The notes under the pieces are model-generated. The model saw only the letters and a list, made by a program, of their open reading frames with translations. It had not been told where the DNA came from and searched no databases. Below, one piece after another: positions 41,234 through 51,048 of a stretch of DNA of 64,000 bases. The position numbers were made by a program, and so were the translations under genes. Position 1 is the first letter of the stretch. Each line of letters begins with the position of its first letter. Origin of the DNA: an uncultured Flavipsychrobacter sp. (GTDB lineage Bacteria > Bacteroidota > Bacteroidia > Chitinophagales > Chitinophagaceae); NCBI GenBank assembly GCA_964588295.1, contig CAZPOT010000003.1, positions 135,785 through 199,784 on the forward strand, in the 5' to 3' direction.

Positions 41234-42061
41234 CTAAGACTCTGTTAAGCTTTTATAAATGTCAAGCAAAGACGATACGTCCTCTTTCCAGGCCTCGTCA
41301 TATTTTATCACCTTACGTGTTTTGCTTGGCTTCAGTTCGCCCGCAATATCGTCGCTTATGTCTTCCGATCCTACCACAACCACGTCGGCATACTTTGCGC
41401 CGCCCTTGGTAAGTGCGGTATTGGTACCTGCCTTGAACAGGTCGAAATCCTTTTCCTTGATCTCGTTGCTGATCATCGCCTTTTTGGCAAAGTTCGGGTG
41501 CAATGTCTCGTTAAACTGGTCTGCCTGTGCAGTATATATAACTTTACTGTATCCGAAAACCGGCTCTTTCTTATAAGCGGTCTTCAGGTATAGCGGTGCC
41601 AGCGATGTCATCCAGCCGTGGCAATGGATAACGTGCGGAGGCCAGCCAAATTTCTTAACCGTTTCCAAGGCGCTCTTACAGAAGAAGATCATGCGTTCAG
41701 CATTATCATCAAAGAAGGTATCCTGGTCATCCCGGAACACAGCCTTGCGCTTAAAGTAATCTTCGTTATCCATAAAGTATACCTGCAGCCTTGCATTAGG
41801 CAGCGATGCCACCTTTATCTGCAACGGATAGTCGTCTTTATCTATGATAACGTTAATGCCCGATAGGCGAACCACCTCGTGCAGCCTGTGACGGCGCTCG
41901 TTGATGACCCCGAAACGAGGCATGATAACACGGATCTCTAGGCCCGAATCGAAAGTTTTGATCGCCAGTTTATTCAGGATATGTGCAAAATCCGTAAACT
42001 CTGTGTAAGGAGATAACTCGTTGGCAATAATTAATACACGCTTCTTTGTGTCTGCTGACAT
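41234..42061 (-). CDS. glycogen/starch synthase-like glycosyltransferase (short form)
   Basis: 275 aa resembling the N-terminal half of GT5 glycogen synthase; conserved DUF4270-GS-panC arrangement. Confidence 0.55.
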   Translation of the reverse strand: MSADTKKRVLIIANELSPYTEFTDFAHILNKLAIKTFDSGLEIRVIMPRFGVINERRHRLHEVVRLSGINVIIDKDDYPLQIKVASLPNARLQVYFMDNEDYFKRKAVFRDDQDTFFDDNAERMIFFCKSALETVKKFGWPPHVIHCHGWMTSLAPLYLKTAYKKEPVFGYSKVIYTAQADQFNETLHPNFAKKAMISNEIKEKDFDLFKAGTNTALTKGGAKYADVVVVGSEDISDDIAGELKPSKTRKVIKYDEAWKEDVSSLLDIYKSLTES

Positions 42062-42161
42062 TCGTTAGATTAATTATTAATAAATAACAAATAGTCTGCA
42101 AAATTACGAAAATATTGAATTGCAACCGTAATTTGCACCACTTCTCATTAAAAAAATCAAA

Positions 42162-43010
42162 ATGGTTATTTTTAAAACCGCCGCCCAGCTGCAGGATTTC
42201 CTCAGTTTTAAGGCTATCACCACCTCGCACATCGGCTTTGTACCCACCATGGGGGCACTGCATTCCGGCCACATCAGCCTTATCGATGCGGCTAAGAAAG
42301 ATGGGATGTTCACCATTTGTTCTATCTTCCTCAACCCTACCCAGTTCAACGATAAAAAGGATTACGATAAATACCCCGTCTCTACCGATGCCGATATAGA
42401 AATGCTGCTGCAGGCCGGTTGCGATGTACTCTTCCTCCCCTCTGTAGAGGAAATGTACCCCGGCGGAACCGATAACGTAAAAAGCTACGACTTCGGCTAC
42501 CTGGAAACCATACTGGAAGGTGCACAGCGCCCCGGCCATTTTAAAGGCGTAGGCCAGATAGTTGGCCGCCTGCTCGATATCGTGAAGCCCGGCAAGCTAT
42601 ACATAGGCCAGAAAGACTACCAGCAGTGCATGATCATCACTAAGCTGAAGGAACTCCTCAGCCTGAACGACCTCAACATTGTTATCTGCCCAACCAGCCG
42701 GGAACAGGATGGCCTGGCCATGAGCTCCCGCAACCGCCGCCTTACCGATCCCCAGCGTGCTCTTGCAGGCCTGCTCTACCAATGCCTGGTATCTATCCAG
42801 TCTAAAAAAGATGGTGGTAACTTTGCCATAGTGCAGAAAGAGTGCACCGACCTCCTATCCGCCAAAGGCTTTGCCACCGAGTATATAGCCCTCGCCGATT
42901 CCCGTAACCTCCAGCTACTCGACAATTACGAACCCACCCGCCCCATGGTAGCCCTTATAGCCGCCAAAATAGGCGAGATCAGGCTCATTGACAATATCCT
43001 GTTGCAATAA
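42162..43010 (+). CDS. panC: pantoate--beta-alanine ligase
   Basis: FVPTMGALHSGH HIGH-type motif, 282 aa. Confidence 0.93.
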   Translation: MVIFKTAAQLQDFLSFKAITTSHIGFVPTMGALHSGHISLIDAAKKDGMFTICSIFLNPTQFNDKKDYDKYPVSTDADIEMLLQAGCDVLFLPSVEEMYPGGTDNVKSYDFGYLETILEGAQRPGHFKGVGQIVGRLLDIVKPGKLYIGQKDYQQCMIITKLKELLSLNDLNIVICPTSREQDGLAMSSRNRRLTDPQRALAGLLYQCLVSIQSKKDGGNFAIVQKECTDLLSAKGFATEYIALADSRNLQLLDNYEPTRPMVALIAAKIGEIRLIDNILLQ

Positions 43011-43030
43011 AAAAACTTATACAAGAGCAT

Positions 43031-43124
43031 CCCTTTGCGACCTTTGCCTGCTTAAAATTGCCTTTGCGTACTTTACGCACCTCCTCTGCGTGCTTTGCCT
43101 GTCTGCCCACGGGCATGCGTGAAT
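43031..43124 (+). repeat. CTTTGCG(TGAA) degenerate repeat array, locus 4
   Basis: ccctttgcga / cctttgcctgcttaaaa / cctttgcgta / gcgtgctttgcc ... gcgtgaa. Confidence 0.85.
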
Positions 43125-43158
43125 ATTTTTATTCGTTTATCACATCACACATCAGTAC

Positions 43159-43194
43159 ACGTCATTGCGCCGTTAGGTGCAAAAGCTTTGTAGC
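43159..43194 (+). repeat. short dispersed repeat CGTCATTGCGCCGT(T)AGGTGCAAAAGCTTTGTAG
   Basis: near-identical to 34340-34374. Confidence 0.75.
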
Positions 43195-43471
43195 CCCTGC
43201 CAAACCTGCCTCGCTCATGCGCCCCGTAGGGTCGCAACAATCGCTTTCGTACACGTAACTGCCCTATCTCTAAAACTTGCTGTCCTTTTTATCCCTCCGT
43301 TGGGGATAAAAATCGCCCTGCCCCATAATAATTATTTAACGCCCGGTTTTACTTTTACTATCAGATTGGTCATGGCAGGAACGACGCCATCTCACAAGCA
43401 GATGATGCGCTAAAAACACCTCCCTTTAGGGCCGGGGTTCAAGCCACCCCGAACTAAACCACACAGCAACA

Positions 43472-44038
43472 ATGTTCATAGAACCATATTCAGGAAATAG
43501 AAAGAAAGGATGGATAGAAGTGATCGCCGGCAGCATGTTCTCCGGGAAGACCGAGGAACTCATCAGGCGCCTGAAGCGTGTAGAGATCGCCGGACTGAAA
43601 GCCGAGATCTTTAAACCCGCTGTAGACACCCGCTACCACCCCGAGGACATTGTATCTCACGACTCTTCCCGTGTGCGCTCTACTCCTGTAGACAGCCCGT
43701 TCAATATACTGTTGCTGGCATCGGGTGTAGATGTGGTGGGCATAGACGAGGCCCAGTTCTTCGACCCCGCTATAGTGGAAGTGGCCGAGAAGCTGGCCCT
43801 CAGCGGCGTGCGCGTAATAGTGGCCGGCCTGGATATGGACTACATGGGCAATCCCTTTGGCCCCATGCCTGCCCTGCTCTCCCGTGCCGAGTACATCACT
43901 AAGCTCCACGCCATATGCGTGCGTTGCGGCGACCTCGCCAACTACTCTTACCGCATCCCCAAGATCGATGACCAGGTACTGTTAGGCGAAAAAGACATCT
44001 ACGAACCCCGCTGCCGCCACTGCTTCTACCAGGAGTAA
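43472..44038 (+). CDS. tdk: thymidine kinase
   Basis: P-loop GSMFSGKT, C-terminal zinc ribbon CxxC...CxxC. Confidence 0.92.
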   Translation: MFIEPYSGNRKKGWIEVIAGSMFSGKTEELIRRLKRVEIAGLKAEIFKPAVDTRYHPEDIVSHDSSRVRSTPVDSPFNILLLASGVDVVGIDEAQFFDPAIVEVAEKLALSGVRVIVAGLDMDYMGNPFGPMPALLSRAEYITKLHAICVRCGDLANYSYRIPKIDDQVLLGEKDIYEPRCRHCFYQE

Positions 44039-44086
44039 TTGAATTCAAAATATACTCCCTCCGGCTACGAGGTTACCCAACAAAAA

Positions 44087-44124
44087 TTTGACAACTTTTA
44101 AAAGTTGTCAAATTTAGCTACACC
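44087..44124 (+). repeat. palindromic intergenic element TTTGACAACTTTTAAAAGTTGTCAAA plus TTTAGCTACA tail
   Basis: perfect 27 nt palindrome, identical arms to copy at 54763. Confidence 0.85.
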
Positions 44125-44168
44125 AACCCTGACCAATCCCTACCACAAGCTCCCCCACGTCCTGTAAG

Positions 44169-44220
44169 GACGGGCTATAACAGCATCGGGTTTCAACCCG
44201 ATGGCTTAAGAACCAAAAAA
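44169..44220 (+). repeat. two-hairpin dispersed intergenic element, copy D
   Basis: GTCCTGTAAGGACGGGCTATAACAGCATCGGGTTTCAACCCGATGGCTTAAG. Confidence 0.8.
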
Positions 44221-44272
44221 GAAAATGGACCGCCATAAAGCAGTCCATTTCCGTATTGTAAGTAAGTATCTA

Positions 44273-45691
44273 CTATGGGAATATACCCAGCTCTTCGTAA
44301 GACACACCAACCTTGTTGATAGCCACTACAAATGCTGCTGTACGCATATCTACCTTACGGTCCAGGCGAACCCACTCATCGCGGATCTCGTGGTAAGAAC
44401 CGATCATGGTATCTTCCAGGCCGCTGTATACCAGGTCAGCCTCTTCAGGGCCGTGCTGTATCTGCTTGCGCTCTACATCGGTAGCCTTCTTGCCGGTCAT
44501 GTTCTCAACCGCATTCAGGATAGATGTATTCTGGTTTTCGCTGAAACGCTTGTCCATACGGCCAAAACGTACGTGGCTCAGGTTCTTCAGCCACTCGAAG
44601 TAAGATACGGTAACACCACCTGCATTCAGGTACATGTCCGGGATGATCATTACACCCTTCTTGCCCAGTATCTCGTCAGCTTCCGGAGTCAGCGGACCAT
44701 TTGCACCTTCGCCGATGATCTTGGCCTGGATGCGGTCAGCATTACTGTCGTTGATCACGTTCTCCAGTGCAGCAGGGATAAGGATATCGCAAGGCTGCTC
44801 CATGGTAGCGTAGCTGTTGGTCATGTTGGTAGCACCCGGGAAGTTCAGGATGCTGCCTGTGCTCTTACGGTGCTCAACAACCTTGTACAGGTCCAGGCCT
44901 GCTTCATTGTAGATACCGCCTTCGTACTCAGCCAGGCCTACTATCAGCGCGCCGTTGTCGTAGAAGAACTTGGCAGCGTGGTAGCCCACGTTACCCAGGC
45001 CCTGTACTATTACTTTTTTACCAGCTATGCCTGTAGTAAGGCCCAGCTTGTCCATATCTTCTTTAATGCTCACTGCTTCGCGGATACCGTAGTATATACC
45101 CAGGCCTGTAGCCTCGGTACGGCCACGTACACCACCCTGTGTTACAGGCTTACCGGTGATACATGCCAGCGCATCCACTTCACCTGGCTTCAGGGAAGCG
45201 TATGTATCTACTATCCAGCTCATTTCGCGGCCACCAGTACCGTAGTCTGGAGCAGGAACGTCGATGCCGGGACCAATGAAGTTCTTCTTCACCAGCTCAG
45301 AAGCGTAACGGCGGGTGATCTTTTCCAGTTCGAAGGTTGTATACTTCTTAGGGTCGATCTTGATACCACCCTTACCACCGCCAAACGGTACGTTCACGAT
45401 AGCACATTTATAGGTCATCAGTGCAGCCAGCGCCATCACTTCGTCCTGGTTCACGTCCATGCTGTAGCGGATACCACCCTTACAAGGCAGTTTATGATGA
45501 GAGTGCTGTACACGGTAAGCTTCAATAACTTCTATGTTATCGCCTATCCTTACCGGGAACTTCATACGGTAAACTGAATTACAAGCCTTGATCTGCTCCA
45601 GGATGCCCGCCTCGAAGCGAGTGTACTTGGCCGCCTTATCAAAGTTGCGTTCTACGCCCTGAAAAAAACTGTAGTGACCTTGATTTTCCAC
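44273..45691 (-). CDS. gdhA: NAD(P)-dependent glutamate dehydrogenase
   Basis: GGGKGG glycine-rich motif, catalytic Lys region ([15 protein letters not shown]), Rossmann GLGNVG. Confidence 0.9.
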   Translation of the reverse strand: MENQGHYSFFQGVERNFDKAAKYTRFEAGILEQIKACNSVYRMKFPVRIGDNIEVIEAYRVQHSHHKLPCKGGIRYSMDVNQDEVMALAALMTYKCAIVNVPFGGGKGGIKIDPKKYTTFELEKITRRYASELVKKNFIGPGIDVPAPDYGTGGREMSWIVDTYASLKPGEVDALACITGKPVTQGGVRGRTEATGLGIYYGIREAVSIKEDMDKLGLTTGIAGKKVIVQGLGNVGYHAAKFFYDNGALIVGLAEYEGGIYNEAGLDLYKVVEHRKSTGSILNFPGATNMTNSYATMEQPCDILIPAALENVINDSNADRIQAKIIGEGANGPLTPEADEILGKKGVMIIPDMYLNAGGVTVSYFEWLKNLSHVRFGRMDKRFSENQNTSILNAVENMTGKKATDVERKQIQHGPEEADLVYSGLEDTMIGSYHEIRDEWVRLDRKVDMRTAAFVVAINKVGVSYEELGIFP

Positions 45692-45721
45692 TGTTTTTGT
45701 GTTTAAAAATTAATAATTGTT

Positions 45722-45946
45722 TTATTTGATCAACTTTTCTGCTTTGCCTATTTTCCTGTCCAGGTATATAAGATACGCAAAAATTCCCGCAAATATAGTC
45801 GCTAATACGGCAACAACAACATATATTTTTCCATTCGCACGCATCGTATCGGCCATCTCCGTTTGTGCATTGCAGATATTGGTTGCCAGCAATATAAGTA
45901 TTACGGTTGCTAAAGAATATTTCGCTCTCATCTTAGTGTTTTTCAA
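45722..45946 (-). CDS. ccmD: CcmD-like small membrane protein
   Basis: 74 aa, single TM, overlaps 3' end of ccmC by 14 nt. Confidence 0.5.
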   Translation of the reverse strand: MKNTKMRAKYSLATVILILLATNICNAQTEMADTMRANGKIYVVVAVLATIFAGIFAYLIYLDRKIGKAEKLIK

Positions 45947-46637
45947 AATCGAACAGCTCTTCGTTTTCTTTGGTAAAGGTCAGCAGGTTGGTGCGCACTT
46001 TAAGGCTCGCTATCCAGCAGCCCAGCAGTATCCAACCCATTACAGCGGGGTAAAATACCATGCGCATATCGCTGTCCAGGTCGTATTTGGCAAATGCCGG
46101 GTTGCCGCCGTTGCCGGGGTGCAGGCTGTCCGTCATGCGGGGCAGTATGAACAGCAGCGGTATCAGCATGGCAAAGGCAAATATGTTGTACACCGCGCTT
46201 ATCTTGGCGCGCTTGTCATCATCCTTTATGCCGCTGCGCAATATAGAATAGGCAAAGTAAATGAGCATGCATAGCGCCGTGCCCAGTTGTTTGGGATCGT
46301 TGCTCCACATCTGCCCCCAGGTATACTGCGCCCACTCCATACCCGTAAGCATGCCCAGTATGCTGAAGAAGATACCGGTATTGGTGAGCTGCACCGCGTA
46401 GATATCGTCTTTAAGATCGCCGGTGCGCAGGTATTTAACGGAATAGCCAAATGCCCCCGCAAACAGCACGATCATGGTAAACCACATAGGCACGTGAAAG
46501 TACAGGTTACGGATGGTCTCGTTCAGGATATCCAACCTGGGTACGCGCATCATCAGACCGCCAATAACCGTATAGGTTACCAACAGACCAGCCAATATTT
46601 TCCACCACCAGCTACGCAAGAGATAAAATTTTGGCAA
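45933..46637 (-). CDS. ccmC: cytochrome c-type biogenesis heme exporter protein C
   Basis: 6 TM, Trp-rich WWD-type region (AQYTWGQMWSNDP). Confidence 0.8.
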   Translation of the reverse strand: MPKFYLLRSWWWKILAGLLVTYTVIGGLMMRVPRLDILNETIRNLYFHVPMWFTMIVLFAGAFGYSVKYLRTGDLKDDIYAVQLTNTGIFFSILGMLTGMEWAQYTWGQMWSNDPKQLGTALCMLIYFAYSILRSGIKDDDKRAKISAVYNIFAFAMLIPLLFILPRMTDSLHPGNGGNPAFAKYDLDSDMRMVFYPAVMGWILLGCWIASLKVRTNLLTFTKENEELFDFEKH

Positions 46638-47105
46638 AAGTAGGGATTTTTACACACGGCGCACCATGATAATGAGCATTGTGGAGTACAGTGTTAAAAA
46701 CGTTGCGGATCAACCAACAAACGTGCTTGCCAGATGTTATTGGAAACCCGCAACCATTATCTAATAAGCAACCACTACGGAGTGTCACGCTGAGTAAACA
46801 ATTAGCTGCGCTCAAGAACTTTGCAACTGCCACATAATATCGCCACGACAGCCGCCGTTGCGTCTCCTGACCAACGGCCACGAGACGTATTCGTTTTCGG
46901 ATAGAAATAACATGGTCTTTGCGAGGAACGAAGCAATCTCGCATCGCGATGTACTCTTTTTGTATATGATATCGACGAGATGCACAATGTTTCATTGGCA
47001 GCCTGTTAAAGGGCGGCACGGACACAAGCGCTGTCATTGGCGAAGTACGCAGCTATCTTACAAGCGGGACATATTCGTTTTAGAATGCGCTGATCAACTG
47101 TACAA

Positions 47106-47176
47106 GCCCTGTAAGGGCGTATTATAACAGCGTCGGATTTCAATCCGGCGGCTTCAGCGGGCATATACGTTTTCGT
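47106..47176 (+). repeat. two-hairpin dispersed intergenic element, copy E (compensatory variant)
   Basis: GCCCTGTAAGGGC...GTCGGATTTCAATCCGGCGGCTTCAGCGGGCATATACGTTTTCG; both stems changed but pairing preserved. Confidence 0.8.
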
Positions 47177-47240
47177 ATACAAAAAGCTGGTCATCAAGGC
47201 TGCCGTCAACTGCAAACCAGGGTCAATACCGCCCCAAAAA

Positions 47241-48254
47241 TCACCCGCCTATCATCGCCATACTCTCGTGTACCCCACCAGGCTGAGTAGTACGCTCTGC
47301 CTCATGCCCATCTTTCGCCTTGCCCGCTACTGCCTGCATAATAGCTGCTTGTACCATCTCATCCGTGGCTCCGCTACGCAGCAGGTCTTTCAGGTTTGGC
47401 CCGCCATTATCGTACAGGCAGGTCTTCAGCGTACCTTGTGGTGTCAGCCTTATCCGGTTACAGGTTCCGCAAAAAGACCGGGTGTAGGCCGCAATTATGC
47501 CCACATCACCCTTATGTCCCGGCACGCTGTAGTTATAGGCCGTACTATTAGCAGGGTCTTGTATCTTTTGTAAAGAAGGATAGCCCGTTTTTATTGCCTT
47601 CAATATGCGCAGGTGGTCCCACGCCAGTTGCGTATAATGCTGGGCTCCGCCGTTAAAAGGCATTTCCTCTATAAATCGTACACTCACCGGCAGGTCCTTG
47701 GTCAGCGCTACCAGCGGAATGATATGGTCAGTATTCTTACCCTCCATCACCACAGCGTTCAGCTTCACGCCTATGCCGTGCGCAATAAGGGTATGCATGG
47801 TTGCCAGTACCTTGTCCAGTTCATCACGATGGGTTATGTCCAGGAAACGTTGCCTGTCCAGCGTGTCCAGGCTCAGGTTCACAGAGCGTACACCCAGGCG
47901 TTTCAGTTCAGGTACCAGTGGTGCGGTAACCACACCGTTGGTGGTAATAGTCAGCTCATCCAGTCCATTCAATGCCGACAATTGCGACAAAAATGGCATA
48001 ATATCTTTCCGCACAAAGGGCTCACCTCCCGTTATCCGAATTTTGGTGACCCCCATCTCTACGGTTATCCGGCACAGCCGCAGCATCTCCTCCCAGCTCA
48101 GCAATTCAGACCGGCTCAGCCAATGGTTGCCCTCCTCGGGCATACAATAAAAACAGCGCAGGTTGCACCTGTCTGTAACGGCCAGCCTTAAATAGTTGAT
48201 CTTTCTTCCGAATTTGTCTGTCAGCACCTTACAAAAGTAATATATATGGGTCAA
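47241..48254 (-). CDS. moaA: GTP 3',8-cyclase (molybdenum cofactor biosynthesis)
   Basis: radical-SAM CNLRCFYC motif, C-terminal second Fe-S cluster cysteines (CGTCNRIRLT). Confidence 0.9.
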   Translation of the reverse strand: MTHIYYFCKVLTDKFGRKINYLRLAVTDRCNLRCFYCMPEEGNHWLSRSELLSWEEMLRLCRITVEMGVTKIRITGGEPFVRKDIMPFLSQLSALNGLDELTITTNGVVTAPLVPELKRLGVRSVNLSLDTLDRQRFLDITHRDELDKVLATMHTLIAHGIGVKLNAVVMEGKNTDHIIPLVALTKDLPVSVRFIEEMPFNGGAQHYTQLAWDHLRILKAIKTGYPSLQKIQDPANSTAYNYSVPGHKGDVGIIAAYTRSFCGTCNRIRLTPQGTLKTCLYDNGGPNLKDLLRSGATDEMVQAAIMQAVAGKAKDGHEAERTTQPGGVHESMAMIGG

Positions 48255-48341
48255 TAGAGGACGAAGTGCTCAAGACCATCGACAAGCATAAACCCATTTT
48301 GTTGCCGCTTGTTGAATGGATTTATAAACCATTAAGCAGGG

Positions 48342-48413
48342 CTTTGCGTACTCTGCCTGCTTGATATTCTTTGCGGCCCTTTGCGATATACCTTTGCGTT
48401 CTTTGCGTGAAAC
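48342..48413 (+). repeat. CTTTGCG(TGAA) degenerate repeat array, locus 5
   Basis: gctttgcgtactctgcctgcttga / ttctttgcgg / ccctttgcga / cctttgcgtt / ctttgcgtgaaac. Confidence 0.85.
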
Positions 48414-48489
48414 TTACGGCGCATTAGAACATCACAATTATTTTTTTCGCCCGAAACAGAGTATTTTCGGGCTCAAATTGTTTGTAGGG

Positions 48490-49815
48490 ATGCAAATAGT
48501 ACAACAGATATTATTTATTATACTGGCCGGCGCGGCAATATTCTTATTCAGCAAAAAGGTAAAGGAGATCACCCGGAACATCAATATGGGCCGCGATGAA
48601 GACTTGTCTGATAATAAAGATCAACGCTGGCGCAACATGATCCTGCTCGCGCTCGGGCAAAAGAAAATGTTCAAAAGGCCTATACCGGCGGTGCTGCACC
48701 TGTTCGTATATGTAGGCTTCATCCTTATTAATGTGGAGATCCTGGAGATCATTGTAGATGGTCTGGCAGGCACCCACCGCATATTCCTGCCGTTCCTGGG
48801 TTCTTTCTACTCTTTCCTGGTTGGCTTTTTCGAAGTATTGGCTGCGCTGGTGCTCATAGGCTGTGTGTTTTTCCTTGCACGTCGCAATATCCTCAAGATC
48901 CGCCGCCTGAACATGAAGGAGCTCAACGGCTGGCCTAAAAGCGACGCCAACCTCATCCTCATCACCGAGATCGTACTGATGAGCATGCTGCTCACCATGA
49001 ATGCCACCGATCTCGTATTGCAGACCCGCGGCGTAGAGCATTATCACCAAACATCGCAGTTCATCGTTTCCGGCAGCCTTACCGGTCTGTTCTCGGGCAT
49101 GTCTACCGGCACACTTATAGCTATAGAGCGCACTTGCTGGTGGCTCCACATCATGGGCATCTTCGCATTCCTCAACTATCTGCCATATTCAAAGCACCTG
49201 CACATAGTGCTGGCCTTCCCTAATGCATACTTCGCCAAGCTGACGCCTAACGGGGAAATGAAGAACATGAAGGATATCCAGAACGAAGTGCTGTACATGA
49301 TGGAGCCCGACAAAGCCCCTACCGATGCTGCACCCGCAGAGCCACAGCGCTTTGGGGCCAAAGATGTAATGGACCTCAGCTGGAAGAACCTCCTCGATGC
49401 ATATTCCTGCACAGAGTGTGGCCGCTGTACCGACTCATGCCCTGCCAACCTTACTGGCAAGTTATTGTCGCCACGTAAGATAATGATGGATACCCGCGAC
49501 CGCCTCGATGAAGTGGGTAAGAACATGGACGCCAACGGTGGCGAATTCAAAGACGACGGCAAATCACTCCTGCACGGCTATATCTCTACAGAAGAGCTCC
49601 GCGCCTGCACCAGCTGCCAGGCATGTGTGGAAGCCTGCCCGGTAATGATCGATCCGCTGTCAATCATCCTCCAGCTGCGCCGCAATCTGGTAATGGAAGA
49701 AAGCAATGCCCCACAGGAATGGAACATGATGTTCGGCAACATAGAGAACAACATGGCCCCATGGAAGTTCAGCCCCGACGACCGCGATGCCTGGGTTCAC
49801 GAACTGAATGAATAG
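48490..49815 (+). CDS. membrane (Fe-S)-binding protein with two CxxCxxCxxxCP ferredoxin-like motifs
   Basis: N-terminal TM helices, CTECGRCTDSCP and CTSCQACVEACP motifs; start set at ATG 48490 (MQIVQQ...) because the longer ORF start at 48361 lies inside repeat locus 5. Confidence 0.75.
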   Translation: MQIVQQILFIILAGAAIFLFSKKVKEITRNINMGRDEDLSDNKDQRWRNMILLALGQKKMFKRPIPAVLHLFVYVGFILINVEILEIIVDGLAGTHRIFLPFLGSFYSFLVGFFEVLAALVLIGCVFFLARRNILKIRRLNMKELNGWPKSDANLILITEIVLMSMLLTMNATDLVLQTRGVEHYHQTSQFIVSGSLTGLFSGMSTGTLIAIERTCWWLHIMGIFAFLNYLPYSKHLHIVLAFPNAYFAKLTPNGEMKNMKDIQNEVLYMMEPDKAPTDAAPAEPQRFGAKDVMDLSWKNLLDAYSCTECGRCTDSCPANLTGKLLSPRKIMMDTRDRLDEVGKNMDANGGEFKDDGKSLLHGYISTEELRACTSCQACVEACPVMIDPLSIILQLRRNLVMEESNAPQEWNMMFGNIENNMAPWKFSPDDRDAWVHELNE

Positions 49816-49934
49816 ATACTTGTAACTACTGACTTAATTAAACAGGAACTAACCACAGTGCCGCTGGCCTGTCTTCAGACTGCCAGCCCACAAGCGGACG
49901 TATTCGTTTTCGATTAACAACAATTAGCTGTCTC

Positions 49935-50006
49935 GTCCTGAAAGGACGGGTTATAATAGCGCAGGCGTTTCAACCCTGCGGCTGCAGCGCACGTATTCGT
50001 TTTCGG
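49935..50006 (+). repeat. two-hairpin dispersed intergenic element, copy F
   Basis: GTCCTGAAAGGACGGGTTATAATAGCGCAGGCGTTTCAACCCTGCGGCTGCAGCGCACGTATTCGTTTTCG. Confidence 0.8.
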
Positions 50007-50071
50007 ATGCTAAGCAACTGTGTTATTCCGCAGGTGGGTAGGCATCTCACCCCTGCGGCAGCAAATAAAAA

Positions 50072-50905
50072 TCACTTCTCCGCTGCACTCCAACTATTAT
50101 ACACCCCATTGTGCCGCTTCACCTCTTCCCTTAACTGCAGCGTGGTAATATTAATGGCGTTCAGATCTATTTTATCCACCTTAGAGAAGAGTACGCAATA
50201 GTTATCCTTGCCCACCTTCGTCACCGGCGATTTTTCAATGAAGTAGCCCTTTTCACTCACATAGCTGCTGAAGTTGGCACGTGCGGAATCAGAAGCGAAA
50301 CACGCCGCAAATGTTATAGTGCGCGGCTTATCCAAGCTATCCCCTTTTTGCAGCAGCGTGGTAATGTTACGGTTATTGTCCATCCAGTTTTGGGTAGTAT
50401 CGCTGGGGAACAAGAACGTTCTGTAAGTAAGCCACTCTGCATCCTTCTTTACCATCAGCGAGTACGGATAGCCCGGAAAATTGCGCTTATACATGCGCTG
50501 TATGGCATTGCGCACCACCGTAGTATCGCGCACATAGTAATAGTTATTGCGCTGACCGTTATAGGTAACTGTGCCGGCCAGTATCCTGCTGGTAGCCCCC
50601 ATCAGGAAGTTATCAGTAGCCTCCAGCACTTTTTCCAGCTCCTCTATTTCCGTTTGCCCGGGGATGCCCGATGGGCCTACGTTACTGGTCTTAGGTCCGG
50701 TTACTACCAGGTAGGGGTACCGCGAATCAGGGGCGGTAAATACCAGGTTCATATCCAGCATTACTGTTGCGGGCTTGTTATTGATCTTAGTAATGTATGA
50801 GTCCCATATCTCATTTTGTGCCCGGGCAGCATCGGCGGCGCACGTCGCTATCAATGTAACTAATGGGGCAATAACTGTAGAAAAACGGTGGCTCATACGC
50901 TGCAA
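50072..50905 (-). CDS. hypothetical secreted protein (277 aa)
   Basis: signal peptide (AADAARAQ); no domain recognised. Confidence 0.5.
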   Translation of the reverse strand: MQRMSHRFSTVIAPLVTLIATCAADAARAQNEIWDSYITKINNKPATVMLDMNLVFTAPDSRYPYLVVTGPKTSNVGPSGIPGQTEIEELEKVLEATDNFLMGATSRILAGTVTYNGQRNNYYYVRDTTVVRNAIQRMYKRNFPGYPYSLMVKKDAEWLTYRTFLFPSDTTQNWMDNNRNITTLLQKGDSLDKPRTITFAACFASDSARANFSSYVSEKGYFIEKSPVTKVGKDNYCVLFSKVDKIDLNAINITTLQLREEVKRHNGVYNSWSAAEK

Positions 50906-51048
50906 ACATAATCAACTGCAAAAGAAATCTATGTTAAAACCTCGTATCCTGTACTCACAACTAACGGTAGCTTCACAATTTACTTAAGCCCGGATGGTAG
51001 AATAATTCAAGCAGTTTTATATCTTTATACCTCAAAATAAAAAATGAT

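Noticed and set aside
43400-43471. Possible tRNA fragment (GGGGTTCAAGCCACCCC) upstream of tdk
   Set aside because: A T-arm-like hairpin only; no D-arm or acceptor stem could be assembled.
48361-48489. Longer N-terminal extension of the Fe-S protein ORF starting at 48361
   Set aside because: The extension overlaps CTTTGCG repeat locus 5 and translates to an implausible leader; the ATG at 48490 begins the hydrophobic MQIVQQILFIILAG N-terminus.
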